The notes under the pieces were generated by a model. The model was given only the letters and a program-made list of their open reading frames with translations, was not told the origin of the DNA and made no database searches. Positions 9,164 through 17,153 of a stretch of DNA of 64,000 nucleotides are shown piece after piece. Each line of letters opens with the position of its first letter. The stretch's first letter is position 1. Source of the DNA: an uncultured delta proteobacterium (GTDB lineage: Bacteria > Myxococcota_A > Polyangia > Polyangiales > Polyangiaceae); assembly GCA_963782055.1 (NCBI GenBank), contig CAWAIF010000003.1, forward strand, positions 5,472,001 through 5,536,000. The letters are read 5' to 3'. The position numbers and the translations under genes are program-made.

Positions 9164-10450
9164 ATGCGCCGACTGCTGCTCTTCCTCGTCCCGATCACCC
9201 TCGTCGCGGGCTGCAAGAAGCACCCGCCGCCTGTGGCCACGCACGACCCGGCAGCCCCGGCGTCAGCGCGCTCGTCGTCGGCCGCGTCCGCGTCGGCGGC
9301 GAAGCCGAAGCCGGCGGCGCCGCGCCCCGTTCCCTCGCAGACGTGCACGCTCGACCCGCCACGAGGCGTTGTGGTCACGGCTTCCGGTCACGGCGGCTAC
9401 GACCACGACATCGCCGCGTCGAAGGCCGGGGTGGTCGTCGGGTGGCTCGAGTCGGTGCCCTCGAAGGACATCCCCGACTACTCCGCGCGCGTCGAGATGG
9501 TGCGCGCGTTCGACGCGTCGCTCGTCCCGGCGGGTCCGCCCGACGAGATCGCGCACGACGATCCGAGCGGCGGCTTCATCACCGCGGTCGCGCCCTGGGC
9601 GAACGACGGCACGCTCGGGACGGGGACGTGTCAGTTTGCCGCGGAGGCGAGCGACCTCGAGTGCAGCGTGGACCGGCTGAAGGGCAAGACGCTGGGCGCC
9701 TTCGAGGTCAAGCCCTTCGACACGCCGCCGGGGGATCACGTCGCGGTCGCGGCGGTGGGCGCGAAGGCCGTGCTCCTCCACAGCTACTGCAGCATCGTGG
9801 AGTCCTTCGCGACCAGCGAGGACGCGTCGCACGAGCTCAGGGGCGGCAGCGAGGACGATCACTACTGCGAGGGCAACGCCGGGGTCGACGTCCTCGCGGT
9901 CACGGCCACCACGGGGGGCCACGCCTTCGGCGCCTGGCGGCGCAAGGGGGTCATCGAGGGTCGGGAGATCGCCCCGGACGGCAAGCCGTCGGGGAAGGTC
10001 GTCAGGCTCAGCGCGCCGGGCCGGATGGTGGGGGCGCCAACGGTCCGCTGGGACGGCACGCAGGCGATCGCCGCGTACGCGTCGCGGGCGAAGGCGAGCG
10101 ACCCGTGGAAGATCACCTTCGCGAAGTGGAAGCCCGGCGCGACGGTGGTGCGCGCGGCGGTCGACACCGGCGCCGAGCCGGCGATGGCCCCCGCGCTCGC
10201 CGCCACCTCCGACCCGGCGTGCGTGCTGATGTCGTGGACGGAGGGCCGCGGCCACGGCACGCGCGGCCATGCCGCCCACGTCTGCGCCGACGCCCTGGTC
10301 CAGGCGAGCAAGGTCGACGTCTCCGGCGCGGGCATGGAGGCGGGTGACACCGAGCTGGCGGCCGCGCCCAACGGGGCGTACGTGGTCTGGCAGGAGGTGC
10401 CGGCGAAGGGCCCCGCGGACCTGCGCGTCGCGCGGCTGCGCTGCAGGTAG
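9164..10450 (+). CDS. Hypothetical lipoprotein
   Basis: MRRLLLFLVPITLVAGC lipobox; GC3 codon bias. Confidence 0.75.
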   Translation: MRRLLLFLVPITLVAGCKKHPPPVATHDPAAPASARSSSAASASAAKPKPAAPRPVPSQTCTLDPPRGVVVTASGHGGYDHDIAASKAGVVVGWLESVPSKDIPDYSARVEMVRAFDASLVPAGPPDEIAHDDPSGGFITAVAPWANDGTLGTGTCQFAAEASDLECSVDRLKGKTLGAFEVKPFDTPPGDHVAVAAVGAKAVLLHSYCSIVESFATSEDASHELRGGSEDDHYCEGNAGVDVLAVTATTGGHAFGAWRRKGVIEGREIAPDGKPSGKVVRLSAPGRMVGAPTVRWDGTQAIAAYASRAKASDPWKITFAKWKPGATVVRAAVDTGAEPAMAPALAATSDPACVLMSWTEGRGHGTRGHAAHVCADALVQASKVDVSGAGMEAGDTELAAAPNGAYVVWQEVPAKGPADLRVARLRCR

Positions 10451-10552
10451 TACACCGGCCACCTCGACCGGGACCTGTCAATGATTCCGACACCTTCGCG
10501 ACGCGCCGGGGCCTAGCCGCATCGAAGGCCGTGTGATACCTTCGTTCGCAAA

Positions 10553-10568
10553 GTGAATCTTCGTTCAC
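10553..10568. promoter_or_regulatory. Palindromic operator candidate upstream of the EmrA/TolC operon
   Basis: GTGAA-TCTTCG-TTCAC in an AT-richer intergenic stretch. Confidence 0.4.
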
Positions 10569-10646
10569 CTGCGATCTTCGCGGCGCCGCGCACCGTCCGA
10601 GCGCCCGCCTGACGGCACGAGCGAGGGGTCCCAAGGAGACCACTGC

Positions 10647-11883
10647 ATGACGACCGCGAACTCAGAGACGCTCCCGGCCCACACCGCGGAGAAGGGGGAG
10701 GCCCCCGCCGCTCCAGCGAAGAAGCGGAGCACGCGGCCGTACATCATCCTCGGCACCATCATCGCGGTGGGCCTCGTCGGCTACGGCATCTTCTCCGCGG
10801 CCACGCGAGGCCATCAGTCGACCGACGACGCGCAGGTGGACGCCAACGTGGTGCCCGTCTCCGCCCGCGTGGGCGGCCAGGTCTTCAAGGTACTCGTCGG
10901 CGACAACGAGCCGGTCAAGAAGGACCAGCCCATCGTCCAGATCGACAAGTCGGACTACCAGAATCCGGCTCAAGCAGGCCCAGGCCGAGCAGGCCGCGGC
11001 CGAGGCCCAGGCGGCGGCCGCCGACGCGCAGGTGCTCATCGTCGCGGCCACCTCCAAAGGCGGGCTGTCGGCGGCGAAGGCGCTGGTCAGCGGCTCGGCC
11101 ACTTCGGTCAGCTCGGCGGCCGCACAGATCGCGTCGGCCCGGGCGTCGCTCGCCCGCGCGCAGGCGGAGGACTCCCGCGCCCAGACGGATCTCGCCCGCG
11201 CCCAGTCGCTCCGCAAGGACGACGCCATCCCGCAGGCGCAGCTCGACACCGCGCGCGCCAACGCCGCGGCGTCCAGCGCCGCCGTCGCGCAGGCGCAGGC
11301 GCAGCTCTCCGCAGCGGAGGAGTCGAAGAGCGCCGCCCAGACGCGCGTGACCGAGGCGAAGGGTCGCCTGGAGCAGAGCACGCCGGTGGACGCCCAGCTC
11401 GCCGCCGCCAAGGCCAACGCCGACCTCGCCCACGCCCGCGCGGACGCCGCCAAGCAGGCGGTGGAGCTCGCCAAGCAGCAGCTCTCGTACACCACGATCG
11501 TCGCCCCGGCCGATGGCGTCCTCTCCAAGCTCGCGGTGCGCGAGGGCCAGCTCGTGCAGCCCGGCAGCCAGATCGTGAGCGTGGTGCCCTCCGCCACCTA
11601 CGTCGTCGCCAACTTCAAGGAGACGCAGGTCGGGCAGATGCAGAAGGGCCAGCACGCAGAGATCGAGGTGGACGCCTACCCCGGCCGCAAGTTCGAGGGC
11701 GTGGTGGAGTCCACGTCCCCCGGCACCGGCGCCCGCTTCTCGCTCATGCCGCCGGACAACGCGTCAGGCAACTTCGTCAAGGTCGTGCAGCGCGTCCCGG
11801 TGAAGATCGCCTGGTCGAACCTGCCGCCGGACGTGCACATGGCGGCGGGTCTGTCGGCGGACGTGACCGTCCTCACTCGCTAA
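10647..11883 (+). CDS. emrA: EmrA/HlyD-family membrane fusion protein with one frameshift near 10962
   Basis: 'STDDAQV' in ORF 10647; 'VVANFKETQV' and 'NASGNFVKVVQRVPVKI' in ORF 11032; removing one A of CAGAATC restores YQIRLKQAQ. Confidence 0.85.
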
Positions 11884-11890
11884 CCCCAAG

Positions 11891-13444
11891 GTGCTCATGA
11901 AAGGTCCCCATCGGCTCGGCGGTCGTGCGCTCGGCGCCGCCGCGATGCTGCTCTCGCTCGCCGCGGCCCCGGCCGCGCTCGCACAGGCTCCGGCGACCGG
12001 TGCGCCCCGTCCCGACACGGGCGCCGGGACGCCCTCGCCGGCCGGCACCGGTAGCGCGACGCCGCCGCCGGCCGACACCGGTAGCGCGACGCCGCCGCCG
12101 GCCGACACCGGTAGCGCGACGCCGCCGCCGGCCGACACCGGTAGCGCGACGCCGCCGCCGGCCGACACCGGTAGCGCGACGCCGCCGCCGGCCGCGCCTC
12201 CACCCGCGGCCGGTCCGGTCCTCGCCTTGAGCGACTGCGTCTCGTACGCGCTCGCGCACAACCCCGACGTGCTCACCAGCGACAAGCAGGTGGACGAGGC
12301 GCGCGCGTCCCGCGCGGAGACCGCGGGCCACTTCGGGCCGAAGGTCCAGCTCGACGGCAACCTGCAGATCTGGGACGGCCCCTTCCAGATCAACTTCGGC
12401 GGCGGGTCGATCCAGGTGCGCGACCAGTTCACCTGGACCGCATCCGCTTCGCTGATCCAGCCGCTGACGCCGCTCTTCGTGATCTACGACGAGTACAAGC
12501 TGCGCGACTACGGCGTGGACGTGGCGCAGATCCAGAAGAACGCCACGCGCCGCGACGTGGCGTTTCGCGTGGCCGAGGCGTACCTGCGGCTGCTGGAGGC
12601 CACCCGCCTCTCCAGCGTGGCGACCACCTCGGTGGACGAGCTCATGGGACAGCAGCGCCAGGCGGAGTCCCTGCACCAGAACGGCGTCATCGGCAAGAAC
12701 GACCTCCTGCGCGCGGTGCTCGCCGTCGCCAACGCGCGTCAGCTCGTGATCCAGTCGCGCGGCATGGTCACCCTCGCGCAGGGGCGGCTGGAGATGCTGA
12801 TGGGGCGGCGTCACGACGCGCCGTTCGAACCGGTGCCCTACACCAACGCGCCACCTCCGCTCGAGCCGTCGACGGTCGCCGACGCCGAGACGCAGGCCGC
12901 GACGAAGCGGATGGAGCTGGTCTCGCTGGACCGGCGGATCGACCAGGCGGGCATGGCCCTCTCCGTCGCCAAGCTGAAGCTCCTGCCGCAGGTGAACGCC
13001 ATGGGCACCTACCAGCACTTCGACGGCTCCGCGTTCCAGCAGCACGACGCCGCGTTCGTCGGGCTCACGGGCACGTGGGACATCTGGGACTGGGGCACCA
13101 CCTGGAACGGCATCAAGGAGGCGCGCGCGCGGAAGGACCAGGCGCAGCTCGCGCGGACCAAGCTGGAGGACGAGGTCCGCCTGGAGGCGCGCCAGGCGTT
13201 CGTCAACGCGAACACGGCGAGGGACGCGCTGGCGGTGGCCAAGACCGCCGTGACCCAGGCGGAGGAGAACTACCGCATCGTGACCAAGCGGTTCCAGGCC
13301 GCCGCCGGCACCTCCTTCGACGTCGTCGACGCCGAGACGCTCCTGACCCGTGCCCGCGCCCAGGTGGAGACGGCGACGTACGACTACCTCATCGCCCGCT
13401 CTGCCCTGCAGCGGGCGACCGGGGCGACGACGCCGCGCCTCTGA
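11891..13444 (+). CDS. TolC-family outer membrane efflux protein
   Basis: Signal peptide, 'ALAHNPDV', 'WDIWDWG', 'DVVDAETLL'. Confidence 0.9.
   Translation: MLMKGPHRLGGRALGAAAMLLSLAAAPAALAQAPATGAPRPDTGAGTPSPAGTGSATPPPADTGSATPPPADTGSATPPPADTGSATPPPADTGSATPPPAAPPPAAGPVLALSDCVSYALAHNPDVLTSDKQVDEARASRAETAGHFGPKVQLDGNLQIWDGPFQINFGGGSIQVRDQFTWTASASLIQPLTPLFVIYDEYKLRDYGVDVAQIQKNATRRDVAFRVAEAYLRLLEATRLSSVATTSVDELMGQQRQAESLHQNGVIGKNDLLRAVLAVANARQLVIQSRGMVTLAQGRLEMLMGRRHDAPFEPVPYTNAPPPLEPSTVADAETQAATKRMELVSLDRRIDQAGMALSVAKLKLLPQVNAMGTYQHFDGSAFQQHDAAFVGLTGTWDIWDWGTTWNGIKEARARKDQAQLARTKLEDEVRLEARQAFVNANTARDALAVAKTAVTQAEENYRIVTKRFQAAAGTSFDVVDAETLLTRARAQVETATYDYLIARSALQRATGATTPRL
12041..12190 (+). repeat. 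30-bp tandem repeat x5 (ADTGSATPPP) in the TolC N-terminus
   Basis: gccgacaccggtagcgcgacgccgccgccg; four exact copies and one with a single mismatch. Confidence 0.97.
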
Positions 13445-13458
13445 GCCGCGTTCCCCCC

Positions 13459-13540
13459 CCTGTCCGCCCCTGTCCGCCGTCCCCTGTCCCGCCTGTCCGC
13501 CCTGTCCCGCCTGTCCCGCCTGTCCCCCCTCCCTGTCCCC
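13459..13540. repeat. Low-complexity CCTGTCC short repeats
   Basis: About eight CCTGTCC units within 80 bp. Confidence 0.8.
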
Positions 13541-13550
13541 GGACACCCAA

Positions 13551-13582
13551 CGTCGAAGTGCGAGGGTACTTGCAGTGCGACG
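13551..13582. repeat. 32-bp palindromic element, copy 1
   Basis: CGTCGAAGTGCGAG-GGTA-CTTGCAGTGCGACG; 25/32 identical to 56033..56064. Confidence 0.7.
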
Positions 13583-13612
13583 TTTCCCCTGAAATCTGCA
13601 GGGAGGGGGGGG

Positions 13613-13628
13613 TGGCATGGGGGGTGCT
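13613..13628 (+). promoter_or_regulatory. sigma54 -24/-12 promoter candidate
   Basis: TGGCATGGGGGGTGCT, GG-N10-GC; GC ends 13 nt before the ATG at 13641. Confidence 0.6.
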
Positions 13629-13640
13629 CTGGGGGTGTGG

Positions 13641-14207
13641 ATGGACCCTGTGTTCTTCACGATCAAGCGGGCCTATTACGCGACGCTGAAGCTGACGCGG
13701 CGGGCGCTGGCGGCGCTCGGGCTGACGTCCGCGCGCTACGATCTGCTCGACGCGCTGTACCGACTGGGCACGCGCACCAGTCCCTTCCAGAGCGACCTGC
13801 GGCGGGCGCTCGGGGTCGCGCGGTCCACCATCAGCGTGATGATGCGAGCGCTCGAGCGGATCGGGCTGGTGAGACGGCGGCGTAGCGGGCGGGACATGCT
13901 CGTCGAGCTCACGCCGGAGGGGCGGCGGTGCGTACGGAGGGCGTTCTTCGGGCTGGTGCTGGTGGGGCACGTCAGCGCGGCACTGGACGGGGCGCTCGCG
14001 CCCGGGGGGCGTCGGTGGCCGGCCGCCCGCGCGTGCGCGCGGGCGCGCCGACACCTCGAGGTGCTCTGCCTGCGCATTCGCGACGGATTCGGCGACGACG
14101 CCGAGCTGGACCGCCTCGGCAGCGCCTGGTGGTGCCGCGAGCAGGACCGGCTGCTCCGGCTGCGCCTGCGCCGCGAGCGGCGCCAGGGGAGCCTGGACGG
14201 CCCGTGA
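13641..14207 (+). CDS. MarR-family winged-helix regulator
   Basis: 'GLTSARYDLL..L', 'QSDLRRALGVARSTISVMMRALERIGLVRR', 'VELTPEG'. Confidence 0.85.
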   Translation: MDPVFFTIKRAYYATLKLTRRALAALGLTSARYDLLDALYRLGTRTSPFQSDLRRALGVARSTISVMMRALERIGLVRRRRSGRDMLVELTPEGRRCVRRAFFGLVLVGHVSAALDGALAPGGRRWPAARACARARRHLEVLCLRIRDGFGDDAELDRLGSAWWCREQDRLLRLRLRRERRQGSLDGP

Positions 14208-14327
14208 CGTAACCACCTGCGTGACGCCGCGCCGCTCCACTTCGGCGCGTCGACGACGGTCGCGAGCCGGGGCTGGTCTGCCGAGCCCGAGGACCTTACC
14301 GTCGAGACTTCGACCGGAGGTGTCCCG

Positions 14328-15761
14328 ATGCTCAAGCCGCGCTACCCCTACTACCTCGCCAACCACGCGCTGGAGCCCAACGCCGACCTGGTCGTGCACG
14401 ACAAGTACACCGGCGAGGTGGCCACGCGCGTCGCGCTCGCCGACGCTCCGGTGATCGAGGCGTCGATCGCCGCCGCCGCGCGCGCGGCGAAGGCGATGCG
14501 CGAGCTGCGTCCCTACGACCGGCAGAGGGTCCTCGAGCACTGCGTGGCGCGCTTCCGCGAGCGCGCCGACGAGCTGGCGCTCGCCCTGTGCATCGAGGCG
14601 GGCAAGCCCATCCGCGACGCGCGCGGCGAGGTGGCTCGCCTGGTGGATACCTTCAAGGTCGCCGCCGAGGAAGCGGTGCGCATCGACGGCCAGGTGCTCA
14701 ACCTGGAGATCTCCCCGCGGGCGAAGGGCTTCCGCGGCTTCACGAAGCGCGTGCCGCTCGGGCCGTGCTCCTTCATCACGCCCTTCAACTTCCCCCTCAA
14801 CCTGGTGGCGCACAAGGTCGCGCCGGCGATCGCCGCGGGCTGCCCGTTCGTGCTCAAGCCTTCCGAGCGCACACCCGTCGGCGCGCTCATCGTCGGCGAG
14901 GTCCTCGCCGAGACCGACCTGCCGGAGGGCGCCTTCTCGGTGCTGCCCGCGCTCGTGCACGACGTGGGGCCCTTCGTGGAAGACGACCGGCTTAAGCTGC
15001 TCTCCTTCACCGGCTCGGGCAAGGTGGGCTGGGACCTGAAGGCGCGCGCCGGCCGCAAGAAGGTGGTGCTGGAGCTCGGCGGCAACGCTGCGTGCGTCGT
15101 CGACGCCGACCAGAAGGACCGGCTGGACTTCGTCGTCGAGCGCATCGTCTTCGGCGGCTACTACCAGTCGGGGCAAAGCTGCATCTCGGTGCAGCGCGTC
15201 CTCGTGCACGAGAGCCTTTACGACGCCGTGCGCGAGCGCCTGGTGGCCAAGGTGTCCGGCCTGGTCGCCGGTAACCCGCGCGACGAGACCACCTTCCTCG
15301 GCCCGATGATCGACGAGGCGGCGGCGGCGCGACTGGAGGGCTGGATCGAGAGCGCGCGGGCGCGCGGCGCGAAGGTGCTCTGCGGGGGCGGGCGCACGCG
15401 CGCCACGATCCAGGCCGCGGTGCTGGAGAACGTCCCGCGCGACGAGCCGCTTTGGGCGCAAGAGGCCTTCGGCCCGGTCACGGTCCTCGAGCGCTTCTCC
15501 GACTACGAGGACGCGCTGGTCACGGTGAACGACAGCCGGTACGGCCTGCAGGCGGGCGTGTTCACCGACAGCCTCTCGCACGCGACGCGCGCCTGGGACG
15601 AGCTCGAGGTGGGCGGCGTCGTGGTGGGCGACGTGCCGAGCTTCCGCGTCGACAACATGCCCTACGGCGGCGTGAAGGGCTCCGGCCTCGGGCGCGAGGG
15701 CATCCGCTGGGCGATCGAGGACATGACCGAGCCCCGGCTGCTGGTCATCCGCGATCGGTGA
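14328..15761 (+). CDS. Aldehyde dehydrogenase family protein
   Basis: 'ITPFNFPLNL', 'SFTGSGKVG', 'LELGGN', 'GQSCIS', 'EAFGPV', 'PYGGVKGSGLGREG'. Confidence 0.96.
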   Translation: MLKPRYPYYLANHALEPNADLVVHDKYTGEVATRVALADAPVIEASIAAAARAAKAMRELRPYDRQRVLEHCVARFRERADELALALCIEAGKPIRDARGEVARLVDTFKVAAEEAVRIDGQVLNLEISPRAKGFRGFTKRVPLGPCSFITPFNFPLNLVAHKVAPAIAAGCPFVLKPSERTPVGALIVGEVLAETDLPEGAFSVLPALVHDVGPFVEDDRLKLLSFTGSGKVGWDLKARAGRKKVVLELGGNAACVVDADQKDRLDFVVERIVFGGYYQSGQSCISVQRVLVHESLYDAVRERLVAKVSGLVAGNPRDETTFLGPMIDEAAAARLEGWIESARARGAKVLCGGGRTRATIQAAVLENVPRDEPLWAQEAFGPVTVLERFSDYEDALVTVNDSRYGLQAGVFTDSLSHATRAWDELEVGGVVVGDVPSFRVDNMPYGGVKGSGLGREGIRWAIEDMTEPRLLVIRDR

Positions 15762-15899
15762 GCGCCTCGCGCGGTGGACGGTCAGCGCCACGCGGCAGGA
15801 TCGCGCGGCGGGACCTCTCCGGCGGCGTGTCGAGGGACGCAAGAAGGAGCGCCGCGAGGCGAAGGACCATGAGGTGCGGACGCGACGCCGTCGCGGAGC

Positions 15900-15918
15900 G
15901 CGTCAGGACGCCGTGGCC
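15900..15918 (+). promoter_or_regulatory. Candidate operator/promoter motif GCGTCAGGACGCCGTGGCC
   Basis: 17/19 identical to the motif at 7878..7896 (minus); ends 19 nt before tRNA-Cys. Confidence 0.6.
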
Positions 15919-15937
15919 CCGCTCGTCTCCAGCCGAC

Positions 15938-16009
15938 GAGCCGGTTCTCTGACGAGGAGCGCGGTCTGCAACACCGTGCGCGAGGGTCTGATTCCCTCCC
16001 GGCTCTCCA
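15938..16009 (+). tRNA. Atypical tRNA-Cys(GCA) with encoded CCA
   Basis: GAGCCGG/CCGGCTC acceptor, U73, CCA; anticodon arm GCGGT-CTGCAAC-ACCGT; T-arm GAGGG-TCTGATT-CCCTC; short D-arm lacking GG. Confidence 0.82.
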
Positions 16010-16011
16010 CC

Positions 16012-16044
16012 GGCGAGCGCCGCTGCGGCGCCGCCGCGCTCGCC
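16012..16044. other. GC-rich hairpin directly after tRNA-Cys, between convergent units
   Basis: GGCGAGCGC...GCGCTCGCC 9-bp stem. Confidence 0.5.
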
Positions 16045-17082
16045 TCACCTCCAGAACGCGGCCACCACCGCGGCGCGCGACTCGACCTTCGCCTTGCCGA
16101 GGATGGCGCTGACGTGCAGTTCCACCGTCCCCACCGCGCAGCCGAGCTTCTCGGCGATGACCTTGTTGGCGTCCCCCAGCACCAGACACCCGAGCACCTG
16201 CGTCTGCCGCGGCGTCAGCCGCCACGCCCGCGCCATCCGCCGCAGCAGCGCGTCGTCCACGCCCTGCGCGCCGCTGTGGAACACCACCAGGCGGTGGGTG
16301 GGTACACCCCGGGCCGCCACGCGGAGCACCGTGGCGCGCGGGTCCTTCCCGGCGGCGACGGCGGCGATGCGGTCGCGCACCCGGCGGCCGTCGGCGACGA
16401 GCAGCTCGCGCCCGGCGCGGCTGGCGAGCACCGGCCGAGAGCGGCCGTCCACCAGGAACGCCGCCGCCCCGAGCAGGTCCAGCGCCGCCGCGAGCCCCAC
16501 CTCGTGGAGGCGGGCGTGCGCGAGCGACTCCTCCAGGCGCAGCCGCTCGACCAGGACCGGCACCACCGCGCGCAGCACGTCCCGCTCGCGCACGCCGAAG
16601 CGCTCCGGGCGGAAGGCGCCGAGCCACGCGAGCAGGCGCGGGCCGTCGCAGAGCAGCACGCGGATCTGGTCCATCCCCCCCACGCCGATGCGCGGGAAGA
16701 TCTCCTCGTAGAGGCGCGCCGTGGTCGGCGTGATGCCCCCCGCCTGGATCTCCGGCAGCCGGAGCACCCGGTTGCGCTGGGCGCGCTCCGGGCGGAGCGG
16801 GTCGTAGGAGCCGCTGGCGCTCGGCGACCGGCGCAGGAATGCCCAGTACGGGCGCAGCCCCTTGCGGAAGGGCGAGGGAAACGTCGTCAGGTACCGGTAC
16901 TCCCAGCCGGTGGCGTCGGCGGCGGGGGCGAGCCGGTGCGCCACGGCGTAGGTACTCCTCAGCAAAGTGCCGAGTTGGGGAACTACCCAGTCGAGGACGC
17001 GGTTCCCCGCCGGCTCGGCGCGGACGCGCGCGCGGAGCTCGCGGAGCGCACGGCGCTCATCGGCAGTCGAAGCGCTGGACAC
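16045..17082 (-). CDS. LuxR-type HTH transcriptional regulator
   Basis: C-terminal 'LTPRQTQVL..LVLGDANKVIAEKLGCAVGTVELHVSAILGK'. Confidence 0.9.
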   Translation of the reverse strand: MSSASTADERRALRELRARVRAEPAGNRVLDWVVPQLGTLLRSTYAVAHRLAPAADATGWEYRYLTTFPSPFRKGLRPYWAFLRRSPSASGSYDPLRPERAQRNRVLRLPEIQAGGITPTTARLYEEIFPRIGVGGMDQIRVLLCDGPRLLAWLGAFRPERFGVRERDVLRAVVPVLVERLRLEESLAHARLHEVGLAAALDLLGAAAFLVDGRSRPVLASRAGRELLVADGRRVRDRIAAVAAGKDPRATVLRVAARGVPTHRLVVFHSGAQGVDDALLRRMARAWRLTPRQTQVLGCLVLGDANKVIAEKLGCAVGTVELHVSAILGKAKVESRAAVVAAFWR

Positions 17083-17153
17083 ACCCCAGCAGTATCAGCA
17101 CGACGCGCGCGCGGGAAGACTGCACGCGACGCGCGTCGCCGGTCGATCATGCC

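Noticed and set aside
12041..12190. 30-bp repeats as a CRISPR array
   Set aside because: No spacers, in frame within TolC, and no cas genes.
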